This document shows positions 27,311 through 36,446 of a DNA stretch of 64,000 nucleotides, piece by piece. This stretch comes from Oopsacas minuta (taxonomy: Eukaryota > Animalia > Porifera). The notes below the pieces were generated by a model that worked only from the letters and a program-made list of their open reading frames with translations, was not told the origin of the DNA and ran no database searches. Position numbers and translations under genes: made by a program. The first letter of the stretch is position 1. Every line of letters begins with the position of its first letter. The stretch covers positions 186,001 to 250,000 of the forward strand of contig JAKMXF010000266.1 of assembly GCA_024704765.1 (NCBI GenBank), given 5' to 3'.

Positions 27311-27665
27311 CTTGCTTCAATTTATAATTGCACTTATTTCTATATACTTTTTAATGATGGATCAGTACACTCCCATTGTGACACACATGAATATAGTAGT
27401 CTGTAATATGTAGTAATTGAGTCAAATATTATCAGTTTAATGAGAATATATTAGAGTTTACTTTCGTATATTTTATTTATCTTTCAATTCTTTAATTAAT
27501 ACACAGTTTCAAGGAATTAGCACTTTAGAACTTCCAAAGTTTGCGTATATATGTCAGTAATATTTATACATTGAGGTGTTAGGAATATTTCCATTCAACT
27601 TTATTATACTCAAATATAGAGATCGGTAAATATCAGTTATATATTTATTTAATCTGTAGCTAAGT

Positions 27666-29192
27666 ATGAAAATGCCTACCCCCAGAGAATGTTACGTTAC
27701 TTCTCTAAAGCTGATTAAATCCAATCTCCTCGTTATCTTCACTATAACTGCGGTATTTTCAGGTCTCATGCTTGGTATCATTCTACAACAATTCCACATA
27801 GACAATCAGGGACTAATGATAATAGGATTCCCTGGAGAGATTCTATTACGCTTATTGAAGTTGTTGATAGTCCCACTCATAATTACCTCTATAATAACTG
27901 GAATTACTTCGCTTGAGATTAAGAGTTCAAGCAAGATCGCACTGCGTGGTCTCACATACTATTTCTCTACCACACTATTTGCTATCCTTCTCGGTCTGAT
28001 TCTTGTCGTAACAATCAAACCTGGTCTTAGGAATGAGGCCCCCGCATTTTTAGAAGAATCCCCGCTCGGAGCTGAAACACGTTCTACTGTAGACGCTGCG
28101 CTAGACATGATCCGTAACTTATTCCCTGATAATTTCGTTAAAGCATGCTTCACTAATACGAAAACCGTTTACAGCTATAGATTAACTAACGGTACAAACG
28201 GTACTGTCACTAACACTACAATGCGTGAGCTCTCGGATACCTCAGGTATAAATATGTCTGGACTAGTTTGTATTGCTTTTATTATCGGAATTGCTCTACT
28301 CACAATGAAGGAGGAAGGAGAATCATTAATTGCACTTATTAAGGTGTCTAATACGCTTGTTATGAAGCTTGTAATATGTGTTCTTTGGTATTCACCCATT
28401 GGGATTCTATCTTTGATAGCTAAAAATGTCGCAGAGACGGATGATATAGGACAAATGCTTGAGCAACTTGGATGGCTGATTTTAACAGTTTTATTAGGTC
28501 TTTCGATTCATGGGTTCATCACACTCCCCTTGTTATACGTCATTATTTCAATGAGAAACCCGTTTAAATTATTTTACAATTTGTTACCAGCATTGTTAGT
28601 GGCATTTGGCACATCTTCAAGCTCTGGTGCTATGCCTGTAACGATGCGCTGCTTGGAGGGAAGGGTTAAGATCGATAAACGGATTACACAGTTTCTTATA
28701 CCAATTGGTACTACTATTAACATGGATGGTACAGCATTGTATGAAGCAATCGCTGCTATTTTCATTGCACAGCTCTACCGACTTGATCTCACATTTATAC
28801 AATATATTCTCGTTGTTTTGACGGCTACAATCGCATCAGTTGGAGCTGCAGCTATTCCATCATCTGGTCTTATCACCATCATGATTGTACTCAATATCTT
28901 AGGCATACCATATAATAGTGTGTTTATTATATTCTCTATTGATTGGTTCTTAGACAGATTTAGAACTACTGTAAATGTGTGGGGAGATAGTATAGGAGCA
29001 GGGATAGTTGAATCCTTATCAGCTAGCGATTTGGACCTTTCAAACGAGAAGGAAGGGATTTCTAAGTTCTGTACTACCTCGTTTTGTAGATTCGGGTATC
29101 AGAGACAATCTATGGAAAGTCAACCTATAATTAAGTATACGGCAGCTCCTGATACAGACGAAGAAGGGAAGGAAAAGGAAATTGAAGTGTAA
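27666..29192 (+). CDS. SLC1 / excitatory amino acid transporter (dicarboxylate/amino acid:cation symporter)
   Basis: Intronless 508-aa ORF with GFPGEILLRLLKLLIVPLI, serine motif TSSSSGAMP, TTINMDGTALYE and DWFLDRFRTTVNVWGD. The TM8 Arg is typical of acidic-amino-acid specificity. Confidence 0.93.
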   Translation: MKMPTPRECYVTSLKLIKSNLLVIFTITAVFSGLMLGIILQQFHIDNQGLMIIGFPGEILLRLLKLLIVPLIITSIITGITSLEIKSSSKIALRGLTYYFSTTLFAILLGLILVVTIKPGLRNEAPAFLEESPLGAETRSTVDAALDMIRNLFPDNFVKACFTNTKTVYSYRLTNGTNGTVTNTTMRELSDTSGINMSGLVCIAFIIGIALLTMKEEGESLIALIKVSNTLVMKLVICVLWYSPIGILSLIAKNVAETDDIGQMLEQLGWLILTVLLGLSIHGFITLPLLYVIISMRNPFKLFYNLLPALLVAFGTSSSSGAMPVTMRCLEGRVKIDKRITQFLIPIGTTINMDGTALYEAIAAIFIAQLYRLDLTFIQYILVVLTATIASVGAAAIPSSGLITIMIVLNILGIPYNSVFIIFSIDWFLDRFRTTVNVWGDSIGAGIVESLSASDLDLSNEKEGISKFCTTSFCRFGYQRQSMESQPIIKYTAAPDTDEEGKEKEIEV

Positions 29193-29318
29193 ATACTGAT
29201 TTTTATAACTTTTGAATTAATCAAGTTTGAATTCTCTTGTATAATATATTATATTTTCAATTTAGAAACTATTCATTCATTTATTTTAAGATTTCTTTTT
29301 CTTATACTCAGTGAAGCA

Positions 29319-30464
29319 ATGACATCATCATACGATACTATAGTGGTGGGTGCAGGTATAGAGGGATCAGCTACTGCTATGTACTTGGCTATCAAAGGCA
29401 GTAGAACTCTGTTATTGGAACAATTCGAGCTGGAGCACACACGAGGAAGTTCCCACGGAGGTAGTAGGATAATTAGGTACAATTATCCTGAGTCATTCTA
29501 TGTTGAAATGATGAAGAAAGCATATCCGTTATGGAGTGATATTGAGAAGCAGGCTGGAGTTAAATTAGTTGAAAAGTGTGGTGGTATTACCTTTGGGCAT
29601 CGTGATCACGTGGAAATAAGGAACGGCATTGAATCTCTGTCGAGAGAGAATATTCCCCATTCTGTAATCGAGAGTGACGAAATTCAGAAAAGGTATCCAT
29701 TCTTGAATCTACCAGATGATTTTGTAGTCGTAGCAGAACCTGATTCAGGTTATGTATATGCTAGAAAATCCTTGAAAGCAATGCAGAAAATATTCGTATC
29801 TAATGGAGGAACTATTCTTGATATGCATAAAGTAGTTGGTATTACTCCAGGGAGAATAATCAGGGTAAAAACACTGAAAGGTTCCTTTCAATGTAAATCA
29901 TTGATTATATGTGCTGGTCCATGGACTAACAATGTATTAACAGACACTGGGCTAAAACTTCCTATTACACCTCATAGAGTTTGCATTTCTTTCTATAAAC
30001 AAACAGATTCTGCATTTGATAATATTCCTATCTTTATTTACAGAGCTCAGAATGATCCCGGCTTCCATTACTATGGCATGCCGGATTCTGAATATCCGGG
30101 TTTATTCAAAATTTGTGCTCACAATGGTGTGGCATTGTCCAACCCAGATGATCGTGACACGAATAGTGATTATTCATTCCTTGAATATACAACTAATTTC
30201 ATTGCCTCAAAACTTCGTGGAGTTTCATCTAAGCCTAGTATCCTTGAGACTTGTATTTATACGCTTGCACCAGATCATAATCCATTTCTTGACAGACATC
30301 CTCATTTTCATAATATTGTAATTGGAGCAGGATTCTCTGGTCACGGATTTAAGCTTGCTCCTGTTGTTGGTTCTATTCTCTCAGGCTTAGCTTTACATGA
30401 AGAGATCGATTACGATATTTCTCATTTCAAGATTTCACGTTTCAAATCAAATTCTAAACTATGA
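29319..30464 (+). CDS. PIPOX: Peroxisomal sarcosine/pipecolate oxidase, copy 1
   Basis: FAD motif IVVGAGIEG, RGSSHGGSRIIR, flavinylation Cys in ETCIY, GAGFSGHGFKLAPVVG, C-terminal PTS1 SKL. Confidence 0.92.
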   Translation: MTSSYDTIVVGAGIEGSATAMYLAIKGSRTLLLEQFELEHTRGSSHGGSRIIRYNYPESFYVEMMKKAYPLWSDIEKQAGVKLVEKCGGITFGHRDHVEIRNGIESLSRENIPHSVIESDEIQKRYPFLNLPDDFVVVAEPDSGYVYARKSLKAMQKIFVSNGGTILDMHKVVGITPGRIIRVKTLKGSFQCKSLIICAGPWTNNVLTDTGLKLPITPHRVCISFYKQTDSAFDNIPIFIYRAQNDPGFHYYGMPDSEYPGLFKICAHNGVALSNPDDRDTNSDYSFLEYTTNFIASKLRGVSSKPSILETCIYTLAPDHNPFLDRHPHFHNIVIGAGFSGHGFKLAPVVGSILSGLALHEEIDYDISHFKISRFKSNSKL

Positions 30465-30933
30465 ACATATGATTTCTATGATGTCATCTTTATATTGTAT
30501 TGCTGCTCCTATAGGGAGAGTGTAGTCCTACCTCTTTATATTGATGAGGTTAGTTTAGCCCGGTCGCCCGCGTTACTTTGAAATTCTGCGATCTGAATTT
30601 CCTAAAAATTCCTAACATGGTATCATCAGCACATTTGGGGTGTAGTCAGTAGATTTGGTCCAGGAGTACGACTTTGGTAAATATTTCACACCTAGAGGCG
30701 AGTCATTTAATTTTGATGCATTTATTATGTAAATGCGAAAAGATAATAGAGATTAGGTTCCACATCTTGTAAGGTGTAATTCTAAGATGTTTTAGTATAC
30801 GTAAACTATTGAATTTTGTCTTTCATAATAAAGTCTTTATTTAAAGCTGAGTGTACTAGTTTCTCAATTTTGTAGGAAAGGTAATTGCTTAGACTAAAAA
30901 TTCTAAAACGATTCACTTCTTGAATTCTTAGCG

Positions 30934-32076
30934 ATGACATCCTCATACGATACTATAGTGGTGGGTGCAGGTATAGAGGGATCAGCTACTGCTATGTACT
31001 TGGCTATCAAAGGCAGTAGAACTCTGTTATTGGAACAATTCGAGCTGGAGCACACACGAGGAAGTTCCCACGGAGGTAGTAGGATAATTAGGTACAATTA
31101 TCCTGAGTCATTCTATGTTGAAATGATGAAGAAAGCATATCCGTTATGGAGTGATATTGAGAAGCAGGCTGAAGTTAAACTAGTTGAAAAGTGTGGTGGT
31201 ATTACCTTTGGGCATCGTGATCACGTGGAAATAAGGAACGGCATTGAATCTCTGTCGAGAGAGAATATTCCCTATTCTGTAATCGAGAGTGACGAAATTC
31301 AGAAAAGGTATCCATTCTTGAATCTACCAGATGATTTTGTAGTCGTAGCAGAACCTGATTCAGGTTATGTATATGCTAGAAAATCCTTGAAAGCAATGCA
31401 GAAAATATTCGTATCTAATGGAGGAACTATTCTTGATATGCATAAAGTAGTTGGCATTACTCCAGGGAGAATAATCAGGGTAAAAACACTGAAAGGTTCC
31501 TTTCAATGTAAATCATTGATTATATGTGCTGGTCCATGGACTAACACTGTATTAGCATACACTGAGTTAAGACTTCCTATTACACCTCATAGAGTTTGCA
31601 TTTCGTTCTATAAACAAACACATCCAGTATTTGATAATATTCCTATCTTTATTTACAGAGCTCAGAATGATCCCGTATACTATTATTTCGGAATGCCAGA
31701 CTCTGAATATCCGGGTTTATTCAAAATTTGTGCTCATGATGGTGTAGTTTCAGATCCAGATGATCGTGATTTAGATAATCAGTATTCATTCCTGAAATAT
31801 ACTTCAGCCTTCATTGCCTCAAAACTTCGTGGAGTTTCATCTAAACCTAGTATCTTAGAGACATGTATGTACTCAATTACACCAGATTACCATCCATTTC
31901 TTGACAGACATCCTCATTTTCATAATATTGTAATTGAAGCAGGATTCTCTGGTCACGGATTTAAGCTTGCTCCTGTTGTTGGTTCTATTCTCTCAGGCTT
32001 AGCTTTACATGAAGAGATCGATTACGATATTTCTCATTTCAAGATTTCACGTTTCAAATCAAATTCTAAACTATGA
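30934..32076 (+). CDS. PIPOX: Peroxisomal sarcosine/pipecolate oxidase, copy 2 (tandem paralog)
   Basis: Same motifs as copy 1 (ETCMY, GFSGHGFK, SKL). Near-identical to copy 1 except in codons ~205-320. Confidence 0.9.
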   Translation: MTSSYDTIVVGAGIEGSATAMYLAIKGSRTLLLEQFELEHTRGSSHGGSRIIRYNYPESFYVEMMKKAYPLWSDIEKQAEVKLVEKCGGITFGHRDHVEIRNGIESLSRENIPYSVIESDEIQKRYPFLNLPDDFVVVAEPDSGYVYARKSLKAMQKIFVSNGGTILDMHKVVGITPGRIIRVKTLKGSFQCKSLIICAGPWTNTVLAYTELRLPITPHRVCISFYKQTHPVFDNIPIFIYRAQNDPVYYYFGMPDSEYPGLFKICAHDGVVSDPDDRDLDNQYSFLKYTSAFIASKLRGVSSKPSILETCMYSITPDYHPFLDRHPHFHNIVIEAGFSGHGFKLAPVVGSILSGLALHEEIDYDISHFKISRFKSNSKL

Positions 32077-32443
32077 GTATAGGACTTCCATAGATAGCGT
32101 CACTTAATTAATATACTTATATAACTCGAATTGGCCGAGTTCTTTGTGGAATGTTGAGTTGTATATCAATTTATACTACTTGGATCGATTTTCATGTATT
32201 TTCTCAGCTTAGTAACTCTATTGTGTTTGATTAAAACATATTTGTATACAATTTACTGATAATTTTCATTAATCAACTACTTCTAAATTGTATGGTAGCT
32301 CTTGCACTTGTACTTCTACTTATTGGAATCTCATTTAACTCAATCCTTGCGAAATCTTATACCTATTAATTATACGGCTAATTAATTTGGTATAAAATAC
32401 AATGTATCCTTTTAATCGATAAAACCCTATAAGGTTTGTTAAA

Positions 32444-33646
32444 ATGGCCAAGGAAATATTTGATTCAAAATGGGACGATTTGGAGTACCAAGTAAATACT
32501 TTTTGTAATCATTTAATCGCGAAAGCAAATGAAAAGAGGTGTTACTTACTTCAAAAAATACAAGATTCTAAATTTCAAGCTAAACACATTGAAGATTCAG
32601 TAGGACAGTTGAAAAATGGGATTGCTGTATTAGAAACAGAATTGAAAGGGAATAGTATAAAGGAATGCCAAGAAAAAATGTTGAAAGAGATGAATACAGA
32701 GATAAAATCCCTCCTTCTTACTGAGCCTACCCCTTCAGATTTTATGCTAGTGACAGTAAAAAGTGAGATTCTAAATTCAACTATAGATAACCTAGCTTCT
32801 ATAGTTAAAATCCCCAAGCAATATTCATGTAAAGATCTCCCAAAGTACACGATTGCAAAAAATCAAAATTTTGTATTGAAATATCCACGTAGCATTTCTG
32901 TAGATGAATCACTCGATTTGATTGCTATAGTTGATAAAGGCTGTAAGTCCATATTTCTTTTCACTCTATCGGGTAAATTCATTAATCAGTTTGGTGAGAA
33001 AGTGCTCGACTACCCAGTTTCCGTTAAGATCGCTAATAATCAAGATATCTACGTAACAGACGCCCGTGCAAGTAATAGTATTGTTAAATTCAGGGCTGCG
33101 AAGGGTAAATTCTCTGAAAAGATTCATCTTGTAAGTACTGTCAATGGGAAATATGAATATCCCACTGGATTAGATTACGATCCCTTCACCAACCTCCTCT
33201 ACGTCACATTATCTACTGAACATGCAATTGCTATATTTTCACAAAATCTAGCCATAAAAGAAAAGTTCAACTCTTCTATATATTTTCCACAAGATATAAA
33301 AGTTACTAAAGATGAAATATTTGTATTAGATTTCAATAATCCTTGCTTGCATGTAATTTCTAAGTTAACATATGCTACCATTAGGTCAATACTACCACGA
33401 GGAATATCACTACCATTACAAACAGCTGCGTTCTTCTGTTTAGACAGAATAGGCAATATTGTTTTATCTGATGCTCAGAACCATAACGTACAAATATATT
33501 CCCCATCAGGGCTTCTATTGCATACTTTAAGCCAAAAAGGGCATTCAATCGGTGAAGTATTTGTACCATCAGGAGTATATGTAACGAAAAATGATGACGT
33601 AATTGTTGCCTCTCAGAATTCTAATTACCCAATCCAGATTTTCTAA
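32444..33646 (+). CDS. Coiled-coil + NHL-repeat protein (TRIM-NHL-like, without RING/B-box)
   Basis: N-terminal helical segment, then NHL repeats (LKYPRSISVD, FGEKVLDYPVSV, YPTGLDYD, FPQDIKV, IVLSDAQNHNVQIYSPSG, FVPSGVYV). Confidence 0.8.
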   Translation: MAKEIFDSKWDDLEYQVNTFCNHLIAKANEKRCYLLQKIQDSKFQAKHIEDSVGQLKNGIAVLETELKGNSIKECQEKMLKEMNTEIKSLLLTEPTPSDFMLVTVKSEILNSTIDNLASIVKIPKQYSCKDLPKYTIAKNQNFVLKYPRSISVDESLDLIAIVDKGCKSIFLFTLSGKFINQFGEKVLDYPVSVKIANNQDIYVTDARASNSIVKFRAAKGKFSEKIHLVSTVNGKYEYPTGLDYDPFTNLLYVTLSTEHAIAIFSQNLAIKEKFNSSIYFPQDIKVTKDEIFVLDFNNPCLHVISKLTYATIRSILPRGISLPLQTAAFFCLDRIGNIVLSDAQNHNVQIYSPSGLLLHTLSQKGHSIGEVFVPSGVYVTKNDDVIVASQNSNYPIQIF

Positions 33647-33709
33647 TAATTGTTGATAATTCTTATTTATTTATTCCAACTATTATATTAAGTGTTCCTT
33701 ACTAGATCT

Positions 33710-35218
33710 ATGAATTATCCCATATACACTGAATTACCCATACAAGATGCGTTTGTAATTGAGTACAGAGCTTTTAGCGATAGCAGGGGGTATTTAGCTG
33801 AGTTATATAATTCAAATAAATACAAGCAAGCAGAAACTGAGAATCTACAACAAATTACTCTATCGCAATCAAAAAAGAACGTATTACGCGGTATCCATAA
33901 GGTCCCATACTCTAAATTGGTAACCTGTGTAAGGGGGGCGATTTATGACGTCATTGTTGACCTACGTCATAATTCACCAACATTTCTGATGTGGGTGAGT
34001 ATAGTACTGACTCAATCAAATCATAAACAACTGTATATACCTGCAGACTGTGGACACGCGTTTCTATCTCTAGAGAATGATACTCTAGTCGTTTACGGTC
34101 AAAGCCAGCCATTTAATCCAGCACTTGAAGACAATTGTAGATTTGATGATCCATTCGTTAATGTATACTGGCATCTTGATATAGCTAAGCTTGAGATTTC
34201 TCCTAAGGATAGAGATACTGCATTATTGATACCTGACAATCTTCCCAAAGGATTATCTCCTCATAGAACTCGCATCTTGATTATAGGAGCTTCAGGCCAG
34301 TTGGGAAGTATTTTAACTTATAAATTACAGAAATATTACCAATTGCAGTACGTTGTATACGGAACATATTGTAATAACAAAGTTGATACTCATTGTGTTA
34401 AAATGGATCTGAATTCTTCTTCTACTGAGAATACCTTTAGTTACCATTCCTTATTGCAACTATGTCACCCGAATATAGTGATAATTTGTGCAGCCATGAC
34501 ATGGGTAGACGGCTGTGAAAAGTCGCAGAATAAAGCTTATGATATAAACTGTAATGCTGTATTTTCGTTATCCTTAGAAGCGAAAAAGATTGGCGCAAAG
34601 ACCATATACATTTCAACAGATTACGTGTTTGGCGGTGTGCTTCCTATCTATGGAGATAAATACATGGAAGAGGATACCATTTCTCCATTGAATGTGTACG
34701 GAAAAACTAAGCATAGAGGAGAGCAATTTGTGTTATCCATAAGCAAAGATAATCTTGTGGTGAGAACAAGCTCACTATTCGGACCTGATAAGTTAAACAA
34801 GAATTTTCCATGTCAAGTTGTAAGAAAGTTGAAGGATAATCTGAAATTTCCAGCATTCAGTCATGTAGTAAGTACACCCACGTACACAGTAGACCTTGCA
34901 GAGTGTATTATTCAGTTGTTAGTACATGACTGTAGTGGTGTAATGCATTTAGCTGGACCTGAATCAGCTAGCAAGTATGATTGGGCATTAAAAATAGCGA
35001 ATAGCTTCAACTTGGAAAACACCTTGATTGAGAAAGTGGACTCTTTTCCTGCGCTTGTTGCGAAACGACCTCTCAACTCGAGTTTAGCGAATAACCGCAT
35101 TGGTTATATTTTGCCTGAGTTTAAGTTCAGAGGGATACAGGATGCTCTGGAGGACTGGATGATTAATTTTCCAGATTCTCTTGATGACATTGTTAATCCG
35201 ACTAAATCTAAGCTTTGA
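33710..35218 (+). CDS. rmlCD: Bifunctional RmlC-RmlD fusion: NDP-4-keto-6-deoxyglucose 3,5-epimerase + 4-reductase (L-rhamnose pathway)
   Basis: N-half RmlC cupin: DSRGYLAELY, VLRGIH, KLVTCVRGAIYDVIVDLRHNSPTF, LYIPADCGHAF, TLVVY. C-half RmlD SDR: IIGASGQLG, AAMTWVDGCE, YISTDYVF, NVYGKTK. ATG at 33710; ends KSKL. Confidence 0.9.
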   Translation: MNYPIYTELPIQDAFVIEYRAFSDSRGYLAELYNSNKYKQAETENLQQITLSQSKKNVLRGIHKVPYSKLVTCVRGAIYDVIVDLRHNSPTFLMWVSIVLTQSNHKQLYIPADCGHAFLSLENDTLVVYGQSQPFNPALEDNCRFDDPFVNVYWHLDIAKLEISPKDRDTALLIPDNLPKGLSPHRTRILIIGASGQLGSILTYKLQKYYQLQYVVYGTYCNNKVDTHCVKMDLNSSSTENTFSYHSLLQLCHPNIVIICAAMTWVDGCEKSQNKAYDINCNAVFSLSLEAKKIGAKTIYISTDYVFGGVLPIYGDKYMEEDTISPLNVYGKTKHRGEQFVLSISKDNLVVRTSSLFGPDKLNKNFPCQVVRKLKDNLKFPAFSHVVSTPTYTVDLAECIIQLLVHDCSGVMHLAGPESASKYDWALKIANSFNLENTLIEKVDSFPALVAKRPLNSSLANNRIGYILPEFKFRGIQDALEDWMINFPDSLDDIVNPTKSKL

Positions 35219-35407
35219 TTGTTTATTTATGAATGTATTTTTAGTATAATTATTAATTATATTTTGCCCCCTTGCCCAATTGCATTACCAGAACATTGCA
35301 TATGGGAATTTATCGTTTAGATTTGCCTATCGTCTCGTTTTCCATATTTCGATTTTGCGTTTAACAGAATTAATGCATTAACTTATTTATTTCTTAAAAC
35401 TGTAGCA

Positions 35408-36232
35408 ATGCATGATTCTCATAGCGATGATGACGAGTTCTGGGGTATAGGGAAATCATCTCCCAAGGCATCTCATATTGTAGCTCCATCTCCTGTAAAG
35501 AAAGGAGACATCAAATTAAGTTTTTCAATACCTAGTCTCACAACTTCTCCAGTCTCTACCACTGCTTTTGAATCAACACCTAGACGATACAGCCCTCTAT
35601 CTCAAAGCATTGATAAGATAGCTCCCAAATACATAAGTCCATCAACCAACAAACCTCTAAGCTACAGCAACGAATCCTCTTTAGATACTAGCATATCAGA
35701 TTCAAATGTTGAGTTTAAAACTTCATCATTATACCCAGATGAAGATAAGTCAGATTTGCATGATATTTTGGATGCGTTGCTTAATTTCGAATCCACCATT
35801 GAACCATCTAATGACGTCACATTGAGTAATCCTTACACACATTCTTTAACACAAGCACCAGTTGACAATTACGGAAATACATCTCGGCGTCAGGAGGTTG
35901 AGAGAGAAAACTCACGACTTGCTAAACAGATAAAACAGAGCAAACCTTGTGTAGTTAGATCTTCTCATGGACAAGTTAGCATTATTAAATCAACAGCTGC
36001 TCCAGCAAGTATAAATAGAACACGCTTGACTCGAATTGAACAGGAAAATTTAAATCTCTTAAAACGCATCCAGTCAGCGAAAACTAGCAAGGCGATCTCC
36101 AGAAGGGAACATGAGAGGCATTATGAAAGCCATAAGGTATACGGAAAAATATCTTCCAAGCAAAGATCCTTGGATTCTTCACCGGGCATAAAATCTATGT
36201 CTAACTTGTCAAAACCTGAATGGATAGCATAA
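35408..36232 (+). CDS. CFAP97: CFAP97/KIAA1430 (hemingway)-domain protein
   Basis: Ser-rich N-terminus followed by the two motif halves RQEVERENSRLAKQI and ASINRTRLTRIEQENLNLLKRIQSAK. Confidence 0.75.
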   Translation: MHDSHSDDDEFWGIGKSSPKASHIVAPSPVKKGDIKLSFSIPSLTTSPVSTTAFESTPRRYSPLSQSIDKIAPKYISPSTNKPLSYSNESSLDTSISDSNVEFKTSSLYPDEDKSDLHDILDALLNFESTIEPSNDVTLSNPYTHSLTQAPVDNYGNTSRRQEVERENSRLAKQIKQSKPCVVRSSHGQVSIIKSTAAPASINRTRLTRIEQENLNLLKRIQSAKTSKAISRREHERHYESHKVYGKISSKQRSLDSSPGIKSMSNLSKPEWIA

Positions 36233-36446
36233 TATTATAACTCCTCTCATGCGATATTAACATTCTCACTTATTACATGTATTATGTCTAAGGAAGTACT
36301 AATCATATTGAAATATTAAATAACCGTGTATTGCGTATCTTGTCAGCCCATAATTAGATTTTCTTTCACTTTATATATTAGCTATTATCACTGTTTTACT
36401 CCCTAAACAATTAGTACTTACGTGGACGCTCTACTAATAGTAATTG

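Noticed and set aside
33692-35218. Interpreting the RmlCD gene as bacterial contamination
   Set aside because: It is contiguous with, similar in AT-richness to, and tightly spaced between metazoan genes, has no operon partners, and carries a eukaryotic PTS1. Read-level confirmation is still advisable.
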